Position numbers and translations under genes: made by a program. From Squalus acanthias (lineage: Eukaryota), in the NCBI GenBank assembly GCA_030390025.1, contig CM059431.1, positions 104,968,001 through 105,032,000 of the forward strand: DNA of 64,000 nt, read 5' to 3'. The notes under the pieces were generated by a model. It did no database searches. It saw only the letters and a list, made by a program, of their open reading frames with translations, and had not been told where the DNA came from. How positions within the stretch are numbered: position 1 is the stretch's first letter; the number at the start of each line of letters is the position of its first letter. Positions 60,905 through 64,000 of the stretch are shown here, one piece after another.

Positions 60905-61262
60905 TTTTACTGTTGGTCTAATGGGTTTGTGTGCATCCAAAGGTGTTAATTTTGTGGTCTAGTGGGTCACTGAGTATTCAAAGGTGCTAATTTCAGTGAT
61001 GGTTGAATGGATCTATGTGTCTTCCAAGGTGATAATTCCACCGATGGCCTGGTGCATCAATGGGTGTCTAGAGATGATAATTTCACTGTGAATGTGGATC
61101 CAAAAGTTCATTGACGGTAGAGTGTGTTCAAAGGTGATAATATCACTGGTGGCCTCATGAGTCTACATGTATTCAAAGGTGATAATTCCATTGATAATCC
61201 AGTGAGTCTATCTGTGTTTAAAGGAGGTAATTTCAATGATGGTCTAGAGGTTCATATGTATC
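60905..61262. repeat. Degenerate 45-bp minisatellite (~8 units)
   Basis: AAAGGTGATAAT-like core at ~60939, 60980, 61025, 61070, 61130, 61175 and 61220. Confidence 0.85.
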
Positions 61263-61311
61263 TTTCCACAGGCAGTGTAATTAAGATTTGGACTCAAATT
61301 TAACCTGTTTC

Positions 61312-61808
61312 AGAACATAAGAACATAAGAAATATGAGCAGGGGTACGCCATATGGCCCCTCGAGCCTGCTCCGCCATTCAATAAGATCATGGCTGATCA
61401 TGTGGGAAGAGAAGGCTGAGGGGTGACCTGATAGGAGGTCTTGAAGATTATGAAATATTTTGATGGGGTAGTCACAGAGAAGATGTTTCCACTTGTGTTG
61501 GAAAACCAAAACAAGGGGCCATTAATATAAGATAGTCTCTGATAAATCCAATCGGACATTCAGGAGAAACTTCTTTACCCAGAGAGTGGTCAGAATGTGG
61601 AACTCGCTACCACAGGGAGTAGTTGAGGCGAATAGCATAGATGTATTTAAAGGGAAGCTAGATAAACACGTGAGGGAGAAAGGAAGAGAAGGTTATGCTG
61701 TTGGGGTGAGATGAAGAGGGGTGGGAGGACACTCGTGTGGAGCATAAACACCGGCATGGGCCAGTTGGACCAAATGGCCTGCTTCTATGCTGTATATTCT
61801 ATGTAATT
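61312..61808. mobile_element. Two CR1 3' ends back to back (minus 61312-61400; plus 61405-61808)
   Basis: (AGAACATA)n tail on the minus copy; RRNFFTQRVVRMWNSLP plus 3'UTR on the plus copy. Confidence 0.87.
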
Positions 61809-61996
61809 CTGCGGATTCAGATTATTCTTGTTCAGATCCTCCAAATCGATTGAAAAATTCAACTCCAGCACTAAACAAAATGGCCACAACATATTGTTTG
61901 GAGATGTTAGTTCCGATTTTAACTCGGGGCAGGTTCAGGTTGGGACCCCCAAGGAGTTCTTGGCATGGGGCGTGAAATTTAAGTAAGTGAAAGAAT

Positions 61997-62457
61997 AAGA
62001 AAGACTTGCATTTCTATAGCGCCTGTCATGACCACCGGATGTCCCAAAGCGCTTTACAGCCAATGAAGTACTTTGGAAATATAGTCACTGCTGTAATATA
62101 GAAAACACGGCAGCCAATTTGCGCACAGCAAGCTCCCACAAACAGCCATGATAATGACCAGATAATCAGTTTTAGTGATGTTGATTCAGGGATAATATTG
62201 GCCAGGACACCGGGGACAAACTCCCCTGCTCTTCTTCGAAATAGTGCCGTGGGATCTTTTATGTCCACCTGAGAGAGCAGACAGGGCCTCGATTTAACGT
62301 TTCATCTGAAAGACGGCACCTCCGACAGAGCAGCATTTCCTCAGCACTGCACTGGGAGCATCAGCCTAGATTTTGTGCTCAAGTCTCTGGAGTGGGACTT
62401 GAACCCACAACCTTCTAACTCAGAGGTAAGAGGGTGACCCACTGAGCCACGGCTGAT
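61997..62457 (-). mobile_element. Full-length Deu-SINE
   Basis: Reverse complement of the head, core and tail. Confidence 0.9.
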
Positions 62458-63326
62458 AGCTAAAATGGGGTTGAATTCTTCTTCAGCTCACATAGAGAAC
62501 GAATATACGCACTAAATGGACAACTGAGAATCTAATATCACATTAAAGGACAATATCCTGTTTATTCACCAAAGCCAATCATTGAGCTTTTGAATTGATT
62601 CCGGTCTACAACGGATTCCAGGCCACCGTTGATAAATTACAGTAATTGATGCAGATCTATAATTAATGCAGTCAGTATAATACTTGGCATAATTAACTTC
62701 ATATTGTGCATTCATTGTTTGGCATCTGGAACAGCCAAACACCACAAAAACACATCCCACATCTCATTCACAATTACTGGGGCTCCATACAGATCAACAT
62801 ACTTTACTCTGCAGGTGATTCTAGCAATTTCTAGTATATTTTGTAACATTTTCAGGGTACTAAACTGTCCAAACAGCATCATCTGTGTCGCAATAAACTT
62901 GGATATAAAGTATGGTTTTCCCCCCATGTTCTATTTTGACAGTTTTGGTCAGGTGTGGCTGTAATGGCAGATTCTAGTTAAGGGCCCAGTCCCAATGCCG
63001 GATTATGCCCTGGCTACACACCGTGTCGTTTAAAAAGATGGCAAATAGGCTTAATGACCATCATGCACTCTGTCCCTTGCAGTGGGATTCATCCATCATA
63101 AAAAATGATGTACTGTGGAAAATCAAGTGCCTTTGCGTTGGTTCAGTAACCAGAGGCGAGTCACAGAGAATTGTTTTTGATCTTAGTAGTCAAGTTGGAA
63201 GATGAGGTCTTTGGCAAAATCCTGGTGGGGGTGGGTATGATAGGAGTTCAGTGCGCACCAGGCAACAAGCACCCTCATGCACCATTCATAAACCCATCAT
63301 TCGCTTTCAAATCAGGCACCATATGT

Positions 63327-63834
63327 TTCTTAACTTGTCCCATTACCCATCTCCTTTTGCCTCGCACCATCATCCCTTTAGTCTCTTAATCTAATGTGGG
63401 AAATGCGGCAGCTACAATTGCGCACAGCAAGCTCCCACAAACAGCAATGTGATAATGACCAGGTCATCTGTTTTAGTAATGTTGGTTGAGGGATAAATAT
63501 TGGCCCTAGGACACTGGGGAGAACTAATTTCTAGATTCACCTTTTGTTTCTTAACTTGTCCCATTACCATCTCCTTTTGCCTTGCACCATCATCCCTTGG
63601 AATCTCTCCTGCCTTCCATCCTATCACAGACCTTCCCTTTTGTTCTTTCCTTCCCCTCCCCCGTCTCCCTGCCCCTACACTTGCTTAAAAACCTGTTCCA
63701 TCCCCAACGAAGGGTCATCGACCTGAAACGTTGACTCTGTTTCTCTCTCCACCGATGCTGCCTGACCTGCTGAGTATTTCCAGCATTTTCTGTTTTTATT
63801 TCAGATTTCCAGCATCCGCAGTGTTTTGCTTTTG
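63327..63834 (+). mobile_element. Hammerhead-family element containing a copied SINE/element junction
   Basis: 9-bp TSD ACCATATGT (63318-63326 / 63835-63843); internal 63392-63605 matches 58883-59096. Confidence 0.82.
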
Positions 63835-64000
63835 ACCATATGTGGGAAGACGGGCGTTACCATGGAGATGTTAATATTGCCATATACTTAGGCAGACACA
63901 GTGCACCTGTAACAATGTCACGCTGATGCAAGCTTTATTAATGACTTAGTTGATAAATGTTTCATTTGGTACCAAGACAACGAACCACAAGGATTCCCCA

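Noticed and set aside
60905..61262. CRISPR-like array (conserved core with variable intervening sequence)
   Set aside because: The 'spacers' are homologous to each other, the context is vertebrate and there are no cas genes; it is a minisatellite

Overview
Eukaryotic, repeat-dominated non-coding DNA, most likely from a cartilaginous fish (shark). This is inferred from abundant tRNA-headed Deu-domain SINEs (SacSINE1/AmnSINE1-like), CR1 and L2 LINE fragments, and Penelope-like elements. I recognise no host protein-coding gene. The only long ORF (181-2010, minus) is a young Penelope-like (Neptune-type) RT + GIY-YIG endonuclease. The rest is a mosaic of CR1/L2 3' ends, SINEs, GGG-terminated MITEs, a hAT MITE and three solo LTRs (one nested in another, one inside a CR1). 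The main points of interest are: (i) two families of short elements carrying minimal hammerhead-ribozyme motifs, one a fold-back pLTR with a 13-15 bp TSD and the other repeatedly next to or inside Deu-SINEs; (ii) a locally templated ~214-bp duplication between two ribozyme elements 4.5 kb apart; (iii) MITE flanks of the form A-N-T whose central base often differs between the two sides; (iv) candidate minus-strand exons together with a CR1 orientation bias; (v) an orphan ~150-bp inverted repeat and a 45-bp minisatellite. Repeat boundaries were read by eye and are approximate unless a TSD is given.
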